A stretch of DNA of 64,000 nt from the human T2T-CHM13v2.0 reference genome, Homo sapiens: assembly GCF_009914755.1 (NCBI RefSeq), contig NC_060927.1. The stretch is one strand, 5' to 3'. Below the pieces are notes generated by a model that was not told the DNA's origin, did no database searches, and saw only the letters and a program-made list of their open reading frames with translations. Positions 43,087 through 62,009 of this stretch are shown piece after piece. The position numbers and the translations under genes were made by a program. Numbering within the stretch: position 1 is the first letter of the stretch; each line of letters begins with the position of its first letter.

Positions 43087-44458
43087 TCTAGATATTAGTT
43101 CCAGGTTGTTCAGCATTTCATTTTAAAAATTACATTTTTCATAGCACTTTAAACAATTGACAAATGGCATTAGCTACAGTAACTGAAACTAAAATAGGCA
43201 AGTGATCCTATGAGAAGTCACAGTATTATAGGGCATCTTCACTTGTCATAAGCATTTTTTTTAACCACAAACCTCAATGTTGAATTGTTTAGCTCAAATG
43301 TGCAGAATTTCATTCTCCCCAAGGTGAAAAAGAAATTCGGCAAAAATGATGTCTATCATCAAAGTAAATTTTATATTGGCATGTGAAATATGAAAAACAT
43401 TCCTTATTCAGTGTCTTGGGCTGAAAGCCTGGAGAAGCCTCTTTATTATCCTACAAGGGAGCCAGGGATCTTTGCTAAGTTGGAAGAAAGTGAGCATCTC
43501 ACAAAAGAATCAGGGTGGCCACCAGAACCTTGTAATGGGGATGCACAATGTGGGGCCAAAGTGAAGAGACTTCCTTGGGCTGAGGGGACTTAAGAATCTA
43601 AAGAATGGGTCATGCAGGTGATGGACACAAATTGTCCCCTGAAATCTGTTCTCTCCTTTGTCCATACTCATAGAATTTTTGCTGTGCTAGTTTCACAGCC
43701 TTCCCTGTACTTCACTAAATTCTTTCGAGTAGAATGTGAGCAAAAGTGATACGCGCAGCTTCTGCTTCCTCACTTTCTGTGTGAGTGGCGATGGTTCACC
43801 TTGATTGCGGAGGTAAGCAGGGTGCTTCGAGGGAGAAGAGCAACATGGTGGACGAGCTCAGAAGCCTCTGGGGCCACATGAGCACAACCTACTGTCAGCT
43901 GAGACTGGCCGGACTCTTATGTGACAGAGAAATAAACTTTTATCTTATTAAATCCATTTGGAGGTCTCTTTGTTACAATGGCTTTGTCTTAACCTAATTT
44001 AATGTATTTAGTCTGGCCTCTCAGAAGACAGGACCTTATTCCTGGAGAAAACCTAGGTGATGTTCTTTTAAATTGTGAGGAGGTCTCCACAGTTGAGGAA
44101 AAGGTACAACTGATCGAGGGCGACATCATCATCAGTTTTTTGTTGCTGCTGTAACAAATTACTACAGTCCTCATGGTAATAAGTAAGAGCTTATTCTAAC
44201 ACAAGCAGTAAGCCAGATTTCACCAACCTTCTTATCGTGACAGCATATTTCTCTTTTTTCTGTAATTTATTTTGTGTATTTATCTATTTACTTTTGAAAT
44301 TTCTGCTCAGAAGCTTTTAGGTCTTCCACAACTGAAAATTTCTCTTTGTTTCATTCTCATATTGGTTTCAAGTCACCTACATTTGCAGAGTCATGTCTTT
44401 CTGCTTAGAGAACATTAAATGTTTCTGTTTTATGCCATAATACGTTTCAGGCATTTTC

Positions 44459-44786
44459 CTTTTTTGTTGTTGTTGTTTTTGTTTTTTGTTTTTGTTTTTT
44501 TTTTTTTGAGACGGTCTCACTCTGTCGCCCAGGCTGGAGTGCAGTGGCGCGATCTCGGCTTACTGCAAGCTCCGCCTCCCGGATTCATGCCATTCTCCTG
44601 CCTCAGCCTCCTGAGTAGCTGGGACTACAGGTGCCTGCCACCACAGCCGGCTAACTTTCTGTATTTTTAGTAGAGACGGGGTTTCACCGTGTTAGCCAGG
44701 ATGGTCTCCATCTCCTGACCTCGTGATCCGCCTGCCTGGGCCTCCCAAAGTGCTGGGATTACAGGCGTGAGCCACCGCATCTGGCC
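44459..44786 (-). mobile_element. AluY-like element
   Basis: TSD CAGGCATTTTC at 44448-44458 and 44787-44797. Confidence 0.95.
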
Positions 44787-44817
44787 CAGGCATTTTCTTT
44801 GTTTAAAAAATTAGGGC

Positions 44818-45142
44818 TTTTTGTTGTTGTTGTTGTTGTTTGTGTTTTTGTTTGTTTGTTTTTGAGGCAGCGCCTGACTCTATCGCCCAGGCTGGAGTGC
44901 AGTGGCGCCATCTCAGCTCACTGCAAGCTCTGCCTCCCGGGTTCAAGCAGTTATCTGCCTCACCCTGCTGAGTAGCTAGGTTTACAGGTGCCCGCCACCA
45001 AGCCTGGTTAATTTTTGTATTTTTAGTAGAGACAGGGTTTTACCATCTTGGCCAGGCTGGTCTTGAACTCCTGACCTTGTGATCCACCTGCCTCAGCCTC
45101 CCAAAGTGCTGGGATTACAGGCATGAGCCACCGCGCCTGGCC
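44818..45142 (-). mobile_element. Alu with (TTG)n-type tail
   Basis: Reverse Alu consensus. Confidence 0.93.
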
Positions 45143-45176
45143 TGTTAATTTTTAACAAAATTATATACAAATATAG

Positions 45177-45822
<646 letters not shown>

Positions 45823-47018
45823 CCACAAGGCATATTACCAAGAAACAACATTACCACTTGTTCTCCATTCTCACCTGGCAGCTGCTTTAAACCCCTTTAG
45901 CTGTTTATTGACTTCTATCACTTGAAATAATATGTTTATATGACCGACCTGTTGGTTTTTCTATTTTGGGCATTATGTATTAAAATGATTTGCTCCTTCA
46001 GAAAACTATGTATATTTTGCTCTCTTTTATACCCTCCAAAATACCACACACATATAACTGCCTGTTCTTACTACCATCATACCATAAACACTGTTTATAT
46101 AGTTATGACTGTGTAAATGCTATTCATAGCTTAGCCATGTGACAATAATTTTTCCTTTCTTGCACAGCCCTTTTCCCCACTAAAGTTAGCATGTAGTTCA
46201 CTTGCTTAGGTTTCTACGTATTCATCAATAATTCATGCCCAAACTCATCCCTCGGTTGTTTAAAACTTCTCTCAATGTATTCAAACACATCAGCTGATCC
46301 ATCAGTTTCATCATCTTGGACATTTGGATTAATTATTCCCTAGATGCTGTAAAGTCATCATCTTGCAATGTTCCATCATGCAGGGACCTCCCTGTGTAAC
46401 TCTTTTTAGATTCCCTGTTTCCTGGATAGCGTCCTTTTTCTTGATTTGCCTTCTTTATATAGTGGGCACTTCTTCCAGCACTTCCCTAAGAAAGTATACA
46501 TGGAAGATAAGTATTTTGAGAGTTTGCATATTTGAAAGTCTTTATTCCAAACATCTTTATAAACACTTTATTCATAATACTGACTAAGCATAGAATTGTA
46601 TGTTAAAAATAACATTTCCTTAGAATTTCAAAGGTATTTTTACATCGTCTTCTGCCTTTCAGTGTAACTTTTGGAAAGTCAGATGCCATTATGATTCTTG
46701 ACCCTTTGTATAAAACCTTCTCTCCCACTCTCCTTTTCCTCCCCTTGCCCTCTGCCCTCTGGAAAATTTTGGAATACTTTATTCCTGATATTCTGAAAGT
46801 TTTTAATGTGTACCTTGATGTGTTTCTATTTTAATCAGTTGTCTAGAGTATTTTGTGGATCCTTTGAATCTGCAAACACTGGCTATTCAGTTCTGGGATG
46901 TTTTCTTGAATTATGTCCTTGATGATATCCCCACTCTGTTTTCCATCTTCTTTCTAAAATTCCTATATTCTGGCTGTTAAAGCATCTCTTTGCTAATCTT
47001 TCTAACTAATTTCTTTAA

Positions 47019-47449
<431 letters not shown>

Positions 47450-48063
47450 TAATGGTATATTCTTGCTTCATAATAATTATCTTCTCTTACAGCTCTGATA
47501 GTAATAATATATTTTTAAAACACTTCTTAAAAACTTTTGAAAAAGTTTTATTTCTCTGTATAGTTTTAATTTTTCCGTTTTCTTTTGTTTGTTTTTAATC
47601 TTAGTCTTTATTGTTAGACCAGTTCCTGAAATCATCCTTGCCTGGTTGCTCATTGAAGAGAGGAGCACTAAAAATTGAATTGGAAACTGTATAGATATGG
47701 ATGGAATCTGTTGACTATGAAATTCTCAGTGGCTCATCTGGCCACTTATTTAGGAATCCCCAATGTCCATATCTTTCCACGTATCTTTTGGGCTGGTCTA
47801 ATTTCCCACGGAATATTTTCCCCATCTCTTGACCAAAGAGTACAGGCCCAACTAACAGCATTCCAGCAGCCAAGGGAAAAGAAGGACCCATAATCCTAAA
47901 ATCAATATGTAGATAGAATGTCTCAAAATCTTCCTATTTTTAATATGGTACTCTTGCCTTCAACTTAACCCTTAGTTTTATCCTCTCCAATATTTAAAAC
48001 TCCAGTACTTTGCCAGATTTGGGGAGGTGGTGTGAGACATCTTGCTGTGCTGAGTTGGGGAGG

Positions 48064-48484
48064 TGTCTTAGTCCATTTAGTGTTGCTGTAACAGAATATC
48101 TGAGACTGGATAGTTTACGAAGAAAAGAGGTTTATTTGGCTCATTATTCTGGTGGCTGGAAAGTTCAAGATTGGGCATCTGCATCTGGTGAGGACCTGAA
48201 GTCGTTTCAACAGTGGAAAGTAGAAGAGGAGCCAGCATGTGCAAAAGGGTCACATGGCAAGAGAGGAAGCAAGTGGGGGTAGGTGCCAGACTCTTTTTAG
48301 CAACCAGAACTTGAAAGAACTAACAGAGAAAGAATTCACCCCCAGGGAGGGCATCAATCTATTCATGAGGGATCTGCCCCCATGACCCAAATGCCTCTCA
48401 CCAGGTGCCACTACCCAACCTTGCAACATCAGGAGTCAAATTTCAACATGAGGTTTGTAGGGGACAAACATGCAAACTATAGCA
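48064..48484 (-). mobile_element. MaLR solo LTR (MST-like)
   Basis: tgtcttagtccattt...caaactatagca. Confidence 0.82.
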
Positions 48485-48867
48485 GGAAGGTATCTGGAGG
48501 TTTAACAACCTTTTAGCTCTTTAATCTATTTAAACAACTCTCTTATTTTCAATACCATCTTCATTTTCACTTGCAAAGTTAACTGGTTCCACCAATTCCT
48601 GAGTCTTTTGGATTGATTCTCTGCTTTCCCTATTTCTGCCTTAGAATTCCTCTTTCTCAGATCAGCAAAATAAGTTACTACATGTCCTGCTTTCCAGCTT
48701 TGAACATCTTCCTGCTATTGTCTCCTCTGCCATATTTTTTGTCCTTGTTTGTTTATGCCTTTAAAAAATCTCTTAATGGTGGTTTTAAAGGGATTTTAGA
48801 AGTGATTGTAGATTAATGCATGTTCTTGCTCTACTATCTTTAATCAGAAGCTTCTGTATTTGCTTTC

Positions 48868-49268
48868 TGTGTTAGTCAGCTCAGGCTGCCGTAACAGAAG
48901 ACTATAGACTAGCTGACTTAAACAACAGAAATTTATTTTCTCACAGTTCTGGAGGCTAGAAGTCCAAGATCAAGGTGCTGCCAAGATGGGTTTCTGGTGA
49001 GGCCTCTCTTCCTGGCTTGTAGACAGCCACCTTCTTGCTCTGCCCTCACATGACCTCTACTCTGTGTCCCCACAGAAAAAGAGAAATCTCTGGTGTCGCT
49101 TCCTTTTCTTTTAAGAATAGAAGTTCAATTGGATTAGGGCCCCCACTATTCTGATCTTATTTAACCTTAATCACTCCCCTAAAAAGCTCTGCCTCCAAGC
49201 ACATAGTCACATTGGGGGTTAGAGCTTCAACAAATGAATTATGGAGGGACACAATTCAGTCCATTACA
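48868..49268 (-). mobile_element. MaLR solo LTR (MLT1A/B-like)
   Basis: ctcacagttctggaggctagaagtccaagatcaagg...acaattcagtccattaca. Confidence 0.85.
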
Positions 49269-50003
49269 CTTTTCATTATAACTTTCTGGTGAATATAGCA
49301 AAGAGGTTCATATTGCAACTTTTCAATTGTTCTTCCTCTTGTACCTAGCTGACATCTCATTATTCAGTTAGCATTGGAAATGGTTTCTAATCACTTTCTG
49401 TTAGAGTTAATGGAGTTTGTTTGTTTGTCCATCATCTTTGAGTTGTTAATTTTTTTTACTCTGGGGATCCTCCAGTTCTTCTAATTGTGGAATACAATTA
49501 GTCCATATTTCAATTTCATTCTCTTCTTCTAAGCCTTTAGGATTTCAGCTATTACATGATTAATTCACTGAGTGCAGTATGTCACTTCGTCATGTCTCCT
49601 GGTTTCTATAGTAAGTGTTCAGTACTCTTAAGTCTAATGTTTTCTTTGAGGCATTGGAAGTCAGACTTCTTTTTTTCCCCCAAATACTTTAGCTTCATTA
49701 GCTCATATTTTCTTTCTGAAAGTTTTTAAAATTCCTCATAGAAACAGACAGGTTTCCATAGTTTTCTAGCTTCTCAAGTTGATACATACGTAAACTTAAT
49801 TGATATATAATTTGCATGCCACAATTCACCTAAAGTTAACAATTCTATGAGTTTTAGTATACTTATAGAGCTGTGCAACCACTATCACAATTCATTTTAG
49901 AACAGATCAGTACACCTTTCTAGGAATTCTTTAGTTGAAACTACTGAACTTTCCACAGCTCTGAGACATGGTAGTTCTGTTTTTGTCTCTAGGTCAAATT
50001 CTA

Positions 50004-50340
<337 letters not shown>

Positions 50341-50357
50341 TCAATCTTTAGAAAGTT

Positions 50358-50858
<501 letters not shown>

Positions 50859-50869
50859 AATTTGTTAAA

Positions 50870-52495
<1,626 letters not shown>

Positions 52496-52601
52496 TGATG
52501 TCTACAGTTTCTCTGGCATGTATGAAAGTGGAGTTATTGAGATTTCCGGAACTGGTGTCTTTCGGAAATTCCAGGAAATTCTCAGTTTCATTTGTAAAAT
52601 C

Positions 52602-52706
52602 AAGGAGAGAAAGAAAGGAAGAAAGAAAGAGAGAGCGAGAAAGAAAGAGAGAGGGAGGGAGGGAAGGAAGGAAGGAAGGGAGGGAGGGAGGGAGGAAGGA
52701 AGGAAG
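52602..52706. repeat. Polypurine (GAAA/GGAA/GGGA)n tract
   Basis: About 100 nt, almost all purine. Confidence 0.92.
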
Positions 52707-52709
52707 ACA

Positions 52710-53960
52710 TTACTCTGAACTGTTTGAGAATAGGTTGCATACATCAAGCCTAAATACTTCATTGTGTATTTCATAAGAACAAGGACATTCTCTTTTATAA
52801 CCCTAGTGCCATTATCAAAATTAAGACAGTTAACATTGATATAATACTGTTTTCTAATCCACAGTTCACATTCAGATTTCATTAATTGTCCCAATAAAGT
52901 TTTTATAGCTGTTTTTTTCCTGGTCCAAGATCCAATCCAGGATCATAAATTGCATTTATTTGTCATATCTTTTTAGTCGCCTTTAATCTGAAAGAGTTTC
53001 TTAGCCTTTCTTTTGCTTGAATTTCTTGCCCTTGACCAGTTATTGTATAGAATGTTGCTCAATCCGTGTTACCTCATGTTTCCTTGTGATTAGATTCAGG
53101 TTATACATTTTGGCAGGAATATTGTAGAATTGCTATTTTCTTCTCAGTGAATCATGCATTATTGGCTTGGCCCGTTACTGTGATGTTAACTTTAAATACT
53201 TGTTTAAGGTGTTCTCCGATACATTTCCTCACTGTAAAGTTATTTTCCCTTGTAATTAACAAGAAATTTGGGGGGAGATACTTTGAGATTATATAAATCT
53301 CCTGTTCCTCACCAAACTTTTATCTACTAGTTTGATTACCTACTGATGATTTTTTAACTTTCTGATTTCTTCCATATTTAGTTGGCATTTAACCATAAGG
53401 GAGAACTTTCCGTTTTCTTCCATTTATTGATATATTTATATCAACTGAATTCATGGATTATTTTATTTGGTGGATTGTAATCCATTACTATCATTATATA
53501 TATTTTTATGTTTGAATTGTCTCAGATTTGGCCAGTGGGTCCCCTTGCAGCTGATTCTTGGGTCCTTTTGATATGTCTCTAGCATTCACTGAGCATTTTC
53601 TTACTTTTTAGGAAAACAAAATATTTTTATCTCCTCTTGCACTTTTCTGCCCCAGCCCTGGAGTCATTTTTTCTTAGCAGCCCTAGTTCCTTTTCATAGA
53701 GAATGGTCTTTAGAAACCAAGATTTGGGAACTAGGTGTGCTCATTGTATATTGTTTGCAGGTCCTTTCAGGAGACAAAGCAGGGAAACAAATGTATTTAT
53801 GTATGTATATGTCTGTGTATGTATGTACACATATACATACATACATCTGTAACATCCATGAGTTCACATCAGTACTTCTGATTCCAGTGCCACACAATTC
53901 CTTCCTCATTTCCTATTTGTAACTCAAAAACCGGGCTCCCATTATCCTCAATGGATCGGC
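52710..53960 (-). mobile_element. L1MC-type 3' region
   Basis: aagaacaaggacattctc, gatccaatccaggatc and tagaaaccaagatttggg resemble reverse L1MC 3' UTR. Confidence 0.6.
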
Positions 53961-54191
53961 TTATTTGCTTGATCCTTCCATAGGTAAACAAACTTCTGGC
54001 CCTACCTACTGAAAGTTCAGCCCAGGCACACCAATCTCTACCCCCACTTTCACCTGCAGGCATGTCAGTCAAAAGCTCTGCCTCCATGAAGGGGAAAGGA
54101 AAGAAGGAAAGGCCAGTTAGAAAGCTTGGCCCCTCATACACCAACCCCCACCTCCTGGGCACATTGGCTAAAATCTCAGTGACTAATTCAC

Positions 54192-54483
<292 letters not shown>

Positions 54484-54619
54484 CACTTTTTAATCTATTA
54501 TATGGTTCATTCATCTTTCTCATTTATAAATTTGCCATACATTGATTTTCATTTCTATATTCTCAAATTTTTGCTTCTCTACTGCAGCCAGTTCTTGCTT
54601 TTTAAAAACAATAATACAG

Positions 54620-54855
54620 TATTGAACATGTATTGAGTACTTATTATTACCTCATTACTGAGGTTTGTTTTCTCATGATTATCTCATTTAAGTTTTAAAA
54701 TAATCCTATGAGATTGGTATTATTCAAATTCCCACTTTACAGATTAGAAAACTGAGGCACAACTTTCCCCAGTGCTATCCATACATCTCAGAGCAGGATA
54801 GAAATCAAAATTGATTTCAGGCAGTTTGTTTCCTGAGCCCATGTTCTTAACCATT
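54620..54855 (-). mobile_element. MIR
   Basis: cccactttacagattagaaaactgaggcac. Confidence 0.7.
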
Positions 54856-55814
54856 CTGAAGCAATTGATTAGAGATATTTGAACTCTTCTCTTTGCTCTT
54901 AACTCTTTCCTCAGACATCAGTCTTTCTGTTTGTTAGTCTGCTGTTCTCTTTTAGGGTATCGGTTTTCCTCAGATACTTCCTGACTATTGATCATCTGCT
55001 CATCCTTGTTTTTATGACGCCATATTGGTTTTTGCGGATGGTGGTGAGAGTGTACCTCTGCTGAGTGTGGAAACCTCTACTAGCTTATCTTTTGCCATGA
55101 GGTTTTTCTTGTCTATCCTGGGGGTGACTTGTTGCCAGGACATCACTCTGCATCTCTGGCCTCAGTACCCAAGTCACTGCTTTACCCTGGAGACAACACT
55201 GCTGCTAACCCTTGCTCGGCACAAGAGGAGCAGAGAAAAGGGTTTCACATGGCCTGTTGCTCCAAATTGCATATCCCAGTGGTTGCCCCAGGGTACCACC
55301 CTTTTTTTGGGTCCATTGACTCTGAACTAGGAGCTGTTCCAGAACAACTTCCATTCCAAAAGCAGGACTGAGGGTATTTTAGGCTGTGGTTTTCTCTGAT
55401 CTTTCTTCTCTGTTAACTTGATACCATCTGTTTTCTGTCTTTTAGAGGATGTCTTCATTTTTCTAATTCATTTATAGGAAATAAAATACTCCTGCATGAC
55501 AAAACAACCATAAACAAAGTCAAAAAACAAGAGGCAAACTGAGAGAAAAATCTTTGCATTTCTTGTCCCAGTCAAAGCTCTGTGCTGTATCAAGAAATGC
55601 ACTGCCTCTTCCTCCTCCTCCTTCTTTTCCTTCTATACCTCTTCTCCATTCTCCCCTTTCTTTTAAATGTTGTCCACTTTGTAGAATTTGGTGCTGGGGG
55701 GAGGAAAAGTAGATATGGGCACCTAGTTTGCTACCTGGTTCCGTTCTCATGTCTTTAATTCTTAATCTCTAGTGGACACTATAATATTCAAAATAGCATA
55801 AGCCTTTTTCATTA

Positions 55815-56570
<756 letters not shown>

Positions 56571-56969
56571 TAGCCATCACAGCCAGCCTTTCTATTCTTT
56601 TCCTTTTTACTGGTCATGATTATTTATGTTATGTATTGTTGTGGATGTCAAGTGAGTTTATAGCATGTTGACTCCTGTGCTCAGCTACACAATACTTCCC
56701 AGGCATCTGTGCTATTATAGTGATCACATTAGAGTCATTCTTACTCATGTGTCAGAATCACTCCAAGGTTTTTTCAACCCCATGTGGAGAGAAGCTCCAT
56801 AGGGAGAAGGGTCTTATTGGAGTGAATTTCCCTCCCCTGACTTCATTGCTTTACCAAATTTGTCTCTAACATTTTCCTATCTTTTACTGCAAATATAATC
56901 ATAGCAAATATAATGGCCTTGCTTGTGTATTTGGTGTATTTGTAACATGATACATTCTTGAGAAAAATC

Positions 56970-57277
56970 TTTTTTTTTTTTTTTTTTTTTTTTTTGAGAC
57001 CAAGTCTCGCTCTGTTGCCCAGGCTGGAGTCCAGTGGCGTGATCTCAGCTCACTACAACCTCTGTCTCCCAAGTTCAAACGATTCCCATGCCTCAGCCTC
57101 CTGAGTAGCTGGGACTACAGATGCATGCTGCCACACCTGGCTAATTTTTGTATTTTTAGTAGAGACAGGGTTTCACCAGGTTGGCCAGGCTGGTCTGGAA
57201 CTGCTGACTTCAGTGATCCACCCACCTCAGCCTCCCAAAGTGCTGGGATTACAGGTGTGAGCTACTGCGCCCAGCTG
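56970..57277 (-). mobile_element. Alu (AluS-like)
   Basis: Poly(T) then reverse Alu. Confidence 0.94.
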
Positions 57278-57899
57278 TTTTTTTTTGTTTCGTTTTGTTT
57301 TTTTTTTTTTTTTTATGGAACTATTAGGAGTGCCTGCTGTGGATTCATTAGCCAAAGAAAGATGAGGCATTTTTCCTCCCAATTCAAGGGGGTATGTAGC
57401 TCATGCTCTCCTTAAATGTGTAAGGTCAACCTGGCTCCCCAAAACCCAGAAGATCATTATTAGACACATGGTCTCAGAGCTTGGTTAAAGAAGCTAAATT
57501 GGATGAATTGGGAGTGGGAGCGGGCCCGAAGTTTGGGCTTCCAGGGAAGGAGGGATGTATCCAGCTGCCAAGAAAACTTCACTGAGGCTGGGAAGAGGAG
57601 TACCTCAGATACTGTAAGGAGGCTAGATGTCTGTGGACACCAACTAGTGGCCCTGGTTACCACAGGGGTCTCTGTAGCTGATGCCTGTCTGTGATGAAAC
57701 CCCTGGGAGGGCCATTTTGGCGTCCTGCCTGGAATGGCAGTGCTGGTCCAAGCTGGAGTCCAAATTTGCACAGGAGTTACACTAGTGGTTCTCTTGGGTA
57801 TCCACCATGACCAGAGTTGGCTCTTCCCCAGTTGTTCTGGACTAGACAAGCCCCAGATGCTTGTATGACCTGAAGGAAGGGGTAAGAATCACCGAAAAT

Positions 57900-58190
57900 G
57901 GGCGGGGGGTGGGTGGCTCAGGCCTGTAATCTCAGCACTTTGGGAGGTCAAGGTGGGCGGATCACTTGAGGTCCGGAGTTTGAGACCAGCCTGGCCAGCA
58001 CAGTGAAACCCCGTTTCTACTAAAAATACAAAAAATTAGCCGCCATGGTGTGCCCTGGTAATCCTAGCTACTTGGGAGGCTGAGGCATGAAAATCACTTG
58101 GGAGATGGAGGTTGTAGTGAGCCATGATTGCACCATTGCACTCCAGCCTGGGTGACAGAGTGAGACTTTATCTCAAAAAAAAAAAAAAAA
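57900..58190 (+). mobile_element. Alu (diverged AluS-like)
   Basis: Degenerate TSD aagaatcaccgaaaat / aggagtcaccaaaaat. Confidence 0.92.
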
Positions 58191-59813
58191 GGAGTCACCA
58201 AAAATAAAAAATGTCTAGTATAAGACTTCTTGCCAATCACAGTGGGTGGGCCTCAAAGCCAGATTTTATTTGAGAAAAATAAAGGTATATCATCCTTGTG
58301 CTTTGAGTACTGTAAAGCAGCCCTTTCTGTTTATTACATTTTCTTTTGTATCTGGCCTCATTCTCAGAATCCTTCAGCTAGATCTTGTCCTTTCTCCCAA
58401 AGCCTGTTCTGTGGAGTTCCTTCCTTTACTCAGAATATCCCTTCTACATAGAGTCTGTCTCTACTCCTATCTACCAGGAAAAACGTGAGCTCCTGCAGGA
58501 CTTCAGGAGTTCCTCATCCTTCCTGCAGGAAATATCATCTTTATGGGTGGTCAGTTTGCATTACTTGAAACCCTTGCTGAATGTAATGCCTGTATTTCCT
58601 CAAAGCAAGGATTTTTCTGCAAAGTAAGCCAGAGTTCCCAAACTCTGTTCCACAATACACCAGCTTGATAAGAGGCTCATCATTGTTCCACCAAACTCCT
58701 TGTCCGATAAGTTTGGGAAACGAGCATACCAACACCCACTTTTGGCAAATGAAATGTACAGTAATATATTGAAGCTTGTGAGAAGCTCTATTTAACTTTA
58801 ACTCAATAATGTCCAGATTTATTTAACTGCAGGATACTTTTCTCATGGCACACTTATTGGCATCACCAGTTCTGCAGGCCCAGTTTGGGAAATGGGTGCA
58901 GTGGAAGGAACATTAGACTCACAATGAAAAGAAATATCCTCGTTCACTTGGCTCCCTTGGTGTCCCAGTTCCCTGCCCTTCCTTGGAGCAACCTCTTCCA
59001 ATTTGCAAAACAAGTGAATAGACCTGATGTTTTCATTCAGACCTGTGACTGGATCTGACATTTTATTTGACCACGATTAGAAAATTGGAGCCAATGGGGA
59101 AATGCTGAGAGTTTATCTAAGAGAAAGGAGACAGCTCTGAATAACGGCGAGAATACATAGATCTGCTTTCAGACCCCAACTCTCTGACCCCTTCCAACTC
59201 TGTGACTCCAGGTAAGTGGTAGGTCCTAAGTTGTAAATGGACCCAATAATGTCAACTCTGTAGCAGGCCTTAGGAGAGGATGGCATGAGATTGTGCATTC
59301 AAAGCAGCCAACCCATTGCCTGACCCAGAGAAAACATCTGCCACATTATGGCCATAGTGATGAGATCACGCCAAAGAGCCTGGTGACACTTTTTAGAAAT
59401 TTAGGTATAATTGACTTGAACACCCACCTTTGTTTACATCAGGTCCTCCCCGTCCAAGCCCTTTGTTCCTAGAGTCTGCAGGCTCCAATTTCATCCTACC
59501 TGTAATTTCCAGAGTCACAGGGATGCCCTCCCACCTCTGCTCTCAGTTCTGTGTTCCTAGCAGATCCTCATAGAACATCACCCCTTTCCTCCATTTATAG
59601 GATCATGAGGGGCAGTGTTTATGTAATAAACTTTATTAAAGATGTAGGGCAAAGGGCAGTGGGGTTGAGGGCATACCTCCAGCCTCCCACTGAGATGGTG
59701 AGGTAGCATCCCTCCTAAGGCTTTCCTCAATTCTCTTCCCTCTCTAGATGCCTGCCAGCCCCCAAATCCCAACTTATTTCCTGCAGAGGAGTTTAGCTAT
59801 CTCTTTGTTTTAA

Positions 59814-60297
<484 letters not shown>

Positions 60298-60800
60298 TGA
60301 AATATGCCTGGGAGAGATGTGATCTGCTCAGACAAGCATGTTAGAGGATCGTTTTGGAGAAGATGTAGAGGATGGACTGGAGGGGAAATGGTAAGGCCAG
60401 AGGCTGAGACACCAGGCAGTGTGGCTTTCCGACTTTCAAATAGACTGGGTAACAGAGGATGGGGACTGAACAGGGCAGGGAAGTGAGGGTGGAAATGGGG
60501 GCAGGGGAGCAGGTAGAGAGGGTCTGATCTGAGGGACATTTATGGAATAGGATCAATAGCTTGATGATAAGTTAAATAAAGTTTGGGGAAGTAGGAAGTG
60601 AGTGGCAAGGTCCAAGGATGAATCCCAAGTGTTTGGACTGGAAATAGGTGGTAGTGGTGCCATTCTGATGGATAGAAATTAGTAGCAATATTAATGCTAA
60701 CCCTCTACCCCCTCCTCTTCCTCCTGCTGCGACTACTAATGATTGGGGACATTTCTTGAACATGGACAGATGTCAGACACTCTAATGCATGATTAACATA

Positions 60801-61167
60801 TGTCTTAGTTCATTTTATGCTGTTATAACAGAATACCACAGACTGTGTAAGTTATAATGAACAAAAATGTATTGGCTTATGGTCTGGAGGCTGGGAAGTC
60901 GAAGACTGAGGAGCTAACATCTGGCAGGGTCTTCTTGCTATGTCATCCCATAATGGAAGGGCAAAGAGAGGGCAAGAAAGAGACAAGATGTGGCCAAACT
61001 TGTCCTTTTATAAGGAACCCACTACTGAGATAATGGCACTAATTGATTCATCAGAATGGTGCCCCCATGACCCAAACACTTCTCATTAGGCCCCACCTTC
61101 CATCACTGCTGCATTGGGGATCAAGTTCCCAACATATGGACTTTGGGGACACATTTAAACCATAGCA
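60801..61167 (-). mobile_element. MaLR solo LTR (MST/MLT1A-like), apparently within L2 remnants
   Basis: tgtcttagttcatttt...atttaaaccatagca. Confidence 0.8.
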
Positions 61168-61471
61168 ACATGCATTATGAGATATAATAAGATCACGTAA
61201 TCCTATAAGAAACTACAGAAGAAGGAGTAACCAGAGATTTAGGAGAAGCATGAGAGTAGTCATGGTGTTCAGAAAAAGAAGTGTGTTAGGGAGGCGGTGG
61301 TCAATTGTGCTAAATGCAATGAGGTAAGCCATGAATAGAGGCATGCTCAATGCCTCTGCTGACAAAATGGGCATTGGTGAGGGAGACTCCATGGGAAGCA
61401 GAAAGCTGACTGCAAAGGTCACAGAAGAAAGTAGAGGCAAGGAAGTGGAGACCATGAATTCAGAAGATGTT

Positions 61472-61838
61472 TGATATAGTTTGGCTGTGTCCTCACTCAA
61501 ATCTTAGCTTGAATTGTAGCTCCCATGATTCTCATATATTGTGGGGTGGATCTTGTGGGAGCTAATTGAATCACAGGGGCAGTTTCCCCCATACTGTTCT
61601 CCTGGGAGTGAATAAGTCTCATGAGATCTGATGTTTTTATAAGGGGTTTCCCCTTTCGCTTGGCCCTCATTTTTTCTCTCTTGTCTGCTGCCATGTAAGA
61701 CTTGCCTTTTGCCTTCCACCATGATCATGAGGTCTTCCCAGACACGTGGAACTGTGAGTTCATTAAACCTCTTTTTCTTCATAAATTACCTAGTCTTGGG
61801 TATGTCTTTATCAGCAGTATGAAAACAGAGTAAATACA
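61472..61838 (+). mobile_element. THE1-type solo LTR
   Basis: TGATATAGTTTGGCTGTGTCC...AAATACA with perfect 5-bp TSD ATGTT. Confidence 0.92.
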
Positions 61839-62009
61839 ATGTTTTCAAGAAACTTGATGTAAGAGTGGGGAGAGAAGGAGCAATATCTCCATAGGGATTT
61901 AGAGGGATTCTTTTAAGATGAAAAAAATCTAAGCTCTTTCTAAGCCAAAAGGAATGTGCCAAAGTGGCCAGGTCCAAAATGAGGCTGCTCTTATAGAATA
62001 TAAGAATAT